Below the pieces are notes generated by a model. That model was not told the origin of the DNA. It made no database searches and saw nothing but the letters and a program-made list of their open reading frames with translations. This document shows, in pieces, positions 59,560-64,000 of a DNA stretch of 64,000 nt. This stretch comes from Podarcis liolepis (Eukaryota), in the NCBI GenBank assembly GCA_965112155.1, contig OZ218100.1. The stretch is one strand, 5' to 3'. Position numbers and translations under genes: made by a program. Numbering within the stretch: position 1 is the stretch's first letter; each line of letters begins with the position of its first letter.

Positions 59560-61274
59560 TAATAGGGTTGCAATCCCATCCACACTTAACTGGAAATAAA
59601 GGCCAGTGAACACCATTGGACTTGCTTCTCAGGAAATAAGCAAAGGATTATGTTGCACATCAGTAAACAAATCTTCCTGGTGTCTCAGCAAAACCTCTGA
59701 CAAATGAAACTTCCTTAGCAGACTCACTAATAAGCCTTAGGCAAACCACTATAATATTGCTATTTCCACTTTGGGCTATTGTTTGCTTTCTCGTGACTAT
59801 ACATCTATTTTGATGGTTATAAACTTGGTCTAGTCTCTCCTCAGTGCACAAAGTTTGCGAATCTTATTTCCCCCTTGAAAAAATCATGCCAAACCTGCAT
59901 TTAGTTAGTGACACTAGATAGCTTTTATTTAAACAAGCATTCATGATGCCGTCTTCATTTTAATTGGGTAGTTATCTCACTATAATATTGTGGGAAAGGG
60001 ATGAGGATTTACATTCTGGGGGTCACCAAAAATGCCTGGAGAAAGCTGATCTACAAATCAGCAAACCAAGCCAAACATGCGAAGATTTGTTGAGTTGATG
60101 CCCCTCGCCTCCATGAGATGAAATAAGCTTAAATCAACTCACTCTTATCCAGCAAGGGCAATGTGTAGGCATAAAGCAAGCTTCATTGTGTGTGCTCTGC
60201 TTTGCAGAAAAGGGTAGGTGCATGGGAGAAAATATGTGAACCCCCTCCCTTATCCCTGGGTACAACTTCTTTCCATTGTATGCATGCACTGGTAACCTCT
60301 TGACCAGACCACTCTATTGCACTATATATGGGGCTGGCCATGAATACATTGGTGGAAAATTTGGCAACCAGACTGGTGACTGAGTTTAGCTACCAGGAAC
60401 ATTTTACCCCAATACAGCATTGGATACCTATTTGCTTCTCTGCTGAGTTCAAGGTGACGTTTTGATCTTGAAAGCCCTATGTACTCTAAGCCTGGAAGAC
60501 TTGTGAGAGTGGCTACTGCCAAATGTACCTCCCTGATCACAAAGGGATGGTAATAAATCTCTGCTGAGGGTGTCAAGTCTTTGGAGGCTAGCTTGCCTCC
60601 CACCATAAACAGACTTGTCTATTGCTGCCCCACAGTTGGAGAATTCATTACTGCTTGAAATTTGCCAGATTTGAGAGCTTGGCCCACTTAGACAGGCATT
60701 CCCCTCTGTTTTAAAGCAGACTGTTAACCTCTTAGTTTACTTTGGTATATATTATCCACTCACTACTGCTGTTAAGACAACACTGCATTTGGCATTTCTT
60801 CCTTGAATGTTTTTGTATATCTTTTGGTTAAAATATTGTTGCCTGCATCAAGAACTCATTAAGTTGTTAAGTGATTAGTTGATAAATCCTCAAACCAATC
60901 AATAAAAACATGCTTCAAAAAGAAGAAAGGAAAAAAAGCCAAGATTCTAGGATAGCTGATTCAGTGCCACATTGTACACAGTTTTTAGAATGCCACACAT
61001 TGGCCTGATTTGCACTTAACACTAAGTTCATTTAGCTGAAATTTGGTTTGTTGGACTGTCCAGCAAACTAACTATGGTTTATTTCCTGGCAATAAAGCAC
61101 CATGTGAAGTCACATTGTTCTTAGCCTACAAATCTCGGCTTCTTTTAACAATGGTTTGGCATTAGGTCTGGACCTAACAGCCTTGTTTAACCATAGTTTG
61201 GGGGTTTTTTTGGCCATGCAGCCCCAGACACTTGGCAAACTACAGAGGCAAGAACAGCTGGAAAACAAGCCAAG

Positions 61275-61712
61275 CTCCACTGTGGCTGCACGGATGTTAT
61301 TGGCCCAAAGATGGAAAGAAGATATAGTTCCTACCAGAGAAGAATGGCAGGTGAAGTTGATGGATTATGCTGAAATGACCAAAATGACCAGAAAAAATCA
61401 GAAATCAGGAAGACCAAAATTTTAATAAGGAATGGGGAAAATTTATAACTTATCTTAAACAACATTGTCAATAGTTATAATCGTTAGTAGGATTGGAATA
61501 TCGCTTGTAGTTTAAGGGTGAATTCTTTTACATAAGTTTTGGATCATCATAAAAGATGCAGGAGGAAATGATTAATAATAGAACCCATAAGGGGAGGATG
61601 GAAGTCCAGGAGATTCCTTGGAATCTTGTTTTTATGATTTATGTTTGATATATCTCTGTAAAATTTTAATTTGAAAAATCAAATTAATATTTTATTATTT
61701 TTAAAAAAGAAC
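61275..61712 (+). mobile_element. L1 LINE 3' end
   Basis: TVAARMLLAQRWKEDIVPTREEWQVKLMDYAEM (L1 ORF2 C-terminus), followed by a 3' UTR and an A-rich end. Confidence 0.8.
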
Positions 61713-62403
61713 CGTGACTTTCTTGTTCATCTGTGAGATGACTCATGGTTGTGTTGAACAAATCACGTTTACAACAAACCATGGCTTAGATTAATGTGTG
61801 AATGCAGCCATTGGGATGGATGCTAACAGGAATAGTTACTAAAACAGTGATCAGAATATACACAGGTTATGTTTGCCCCTTGTTTGTTTCCACCCTAGAA
61901 TCCTAAGTAAACTTAGATTTGCTTTTCGCTGCAGAAGGAGAATCTCTTGAGTATTAGTGTATCCTTGTTACTGGAATTCATTGAAGACATTGGGCCAGGG
62001 TAGTGGTGAGGAAAAAGCAGCTGAGAGACAGTGGACAGTTCTGTCTCCCAAACAATGAGAGCTTGAAACTCTGTCAAGAATTCCACAACTCCCAAACATC
62101 ATTTCTTTCCATTGGATCAGCACCTGGTGAAACCATTCTTGGTCCATCTCCAGCTCATGTGTTTTTCAACCACTTGTTGATTTATTATCTTCATTTTGAG
62201 CCTAGGATTTCTTAGCTATTATATAATGACTCCTATTCAGCTCCTTTCCATGATATCATCACTTAATTGAAGCAGAATTTTAAATTCCAGCAAATCCCCT
62301 CATAAGCAGTCAGTGTGGAAAGGTCTTCCTACGATCGAAACCATGTTTTCAACTGGGTAGTCCACAAGGGGCTTTAAAATATACAATTTATTTGGCTTGA
62401 CGG

Positions 62404-62430
62404 TATAAAAGGGCTTGCTTAGACATGCCA
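62404..62430 (+). promoter_or_regulatory. TATA-like box abutting a candidate p53/p63 response element
   Basis: TATAAAAG then GGGCTTGCTT-AGACATGCCA (19/20 match to 2x RRRCWWGYYY). Confidence 0.4.
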
Positions 62431-63834
62431 AGAAATTAATTCGCTCCTCGTTTAATAAAAGCATTTCATATTCCAGTGCCTTCCTACATTAGGAGCCAAC
62501 ATTTCATGTTAGACATTAAACATGCACCAGTTCCTAGAGACATGCCAGGGAGTTCCATAAAAGAGACAGATATATATTTGTACGTAAAGCTAGTTATAAG
62601 CAAGGTTTGTGATTCTTCTCTATACTCAAAGGGCAGATACATGTGTGCAATTTGGATGATCACTTCTCCAACACACCGAACTCCCCCCATTCCAGGTTGT
62701 TGTTGTTGTTGTTTTTAAGTCAGGCTTTTCAAGAGATGTTAGAGTTAGCCAGAGGGTTTTAGAAGTCTCTGGAAGCTTGAATGTGTGTATTTTCTTTGCA
62801 AGGCATTGGGACAGGGTGGGTGGTGGGTGGAGGAAAACACCTGCACTGCCCTAATTAAAGAATCACCTTTGTTGATAGAGAATGAAAGGGGTTGAAGCCA
62901 GACCCAGACTCCTCTCCCTGCTCCAAAATCTGTTTACTCTCTGACCTGCATTGTATGTGGGGCTGTAATGGGGAAACTGCATATACGTTACTAGAAAAGC
63001 AAAAGCATTTTTTGAACCATTTCCCCGCCCCCTCCCTTTTAAAATGTATTTCTTCTTGTTAGGCTGGAAAAATGGGCATTTTTGGTAATGTTTTGGAACA
63101 ATAAGTTTAATTATAGTGTTCAACCATATGCTGCTTTCAGCCTGATTTGACTTTCTGAGTATTTCTTTATGCTCTTTATTTTTGGTTTTCCCCCTGTTTA
63201 TTAATAAATAAATTCTAGGGGGATGGGGATATTTATCTATTTACATACATTAATATGCCCATCATAAAAACTTCAAATGAACAAGGCTTTTCAGTGGAAA
63301 ATTTTACCCCATCTGTATTGTATTTGAGTTTGTTTTGGTATGGAAAATTGTTTTACATATGTTTGTATTGTTGTTGCTTTTATCATTACATTGCCATGAG
63401 ATGCTTCAGAGGGAGCAATTCAAAAATAGAATAGCATAGAATTAATTAATCAATTGGGGGGAAATAGGAAAAATCACTTGCAAAATGCAATGCAGGACCT
63501 ATCATAAGCACCAGCTGGCCACTACCATGTTCCTCTGCAAGACACCATCACCCCTACACCATTGGCAGTAAGTGAATCTAACTCACAGCCAAGCACTTCG
63601 GAGTACTGGTCTACCCCGTTTGTTGTTGTTTGCAAATTGTCCTCCAGCTATGAGGAAGACTGAGAGCCATGGTTGCCACCATTCATGCCTGTCTGGTAAG
63701 GGCTGCTGGTTTTTTATAAAAGGGTTTTTCAAGAGTTTCCAGAGGTTTAGAGGGCGTTTTCAGGCTTTTCCAATGGTGTTCAAGGTGTTCAAAATTTACT
63801 CTATTCTACTGACACATGCAGTGCCTCGGAACAT

Positions 63835-64000
63835 AGGTAAAAGGTAAAGGACCCCTGGACGGTTAAGTCCAGTCAAAGGCGACTATGGGGTTGTGGCACT
63901 CATTTCGCTTTCCAGGCCAAGGGAGTCGGCATTGGGACACTGTGACGGAAGCCAGAGTGCATGGAAACACCGTTTACCTTCCCGCTGCAGTGGTACCTAT
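63835..64000 (-). mobile_element. Sauria SINE (internally deleted, cut by the window end)
   Basis: aggtaaaaggtaaaggacccctggacggttaagtcc tail. Confidence 0.8.

Noticed and set aside
40000-64000. Protein-coding exons of a neighbouring gene
   Set aside because: No ORF with a recognisable non-TE domain or coherent splice chain; small or non-coding exons cannot be excluded by eye.

Overview
Eukaryotic DNA from a squamate reptile, probably a lacertid lizard (inferred from Sauria SINEs plus CR1, L2 and Penelope repeats). Positions ~4.2-38 kb hold three intact, head-to-tail (+ strand), 7-coding-exon cytosolic sulfotransferase genes of the SULT6B1 type: gene 1 CDS 4216-15574 (313 aa), gene 2 21155-28295 (314 aa) and gene 3 29911-37937 (313 aa). 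All three splice in frame through GT-AG introns and keep the PAPS-binding and catalytic His motifs. The rest is repeat-rich intronic or intergenic DNA (Sauria SINEs; CR1, L2, L1 and RTE LINE fragments; hAT and pogo/Tigger-like MITEs; solo LTRs; DIRS-like remnants; microsatellites), with a 167-N gap at 37990-38156. I found no convincing gene in 38-64 kb. The most notable observations: (1) minimal hammerhead-ribozyme motifs in Penelope-type remnants, including a perfect 90-bp inverted repeat in gene 1 intron 4; (2) a composite D-box/DR4/FoxA-like module copied upstream of every paralog; (3) patchwork similarity between paralogs, suggesting gene conversion or chimerism; (4) an ~11-aa charged insertion in exon 2; (5) U12-like GTATCCTT donors in genes 2 and 3; (6) a near-perfect p53/p63 element beside a TATA box at 62.4 kb.
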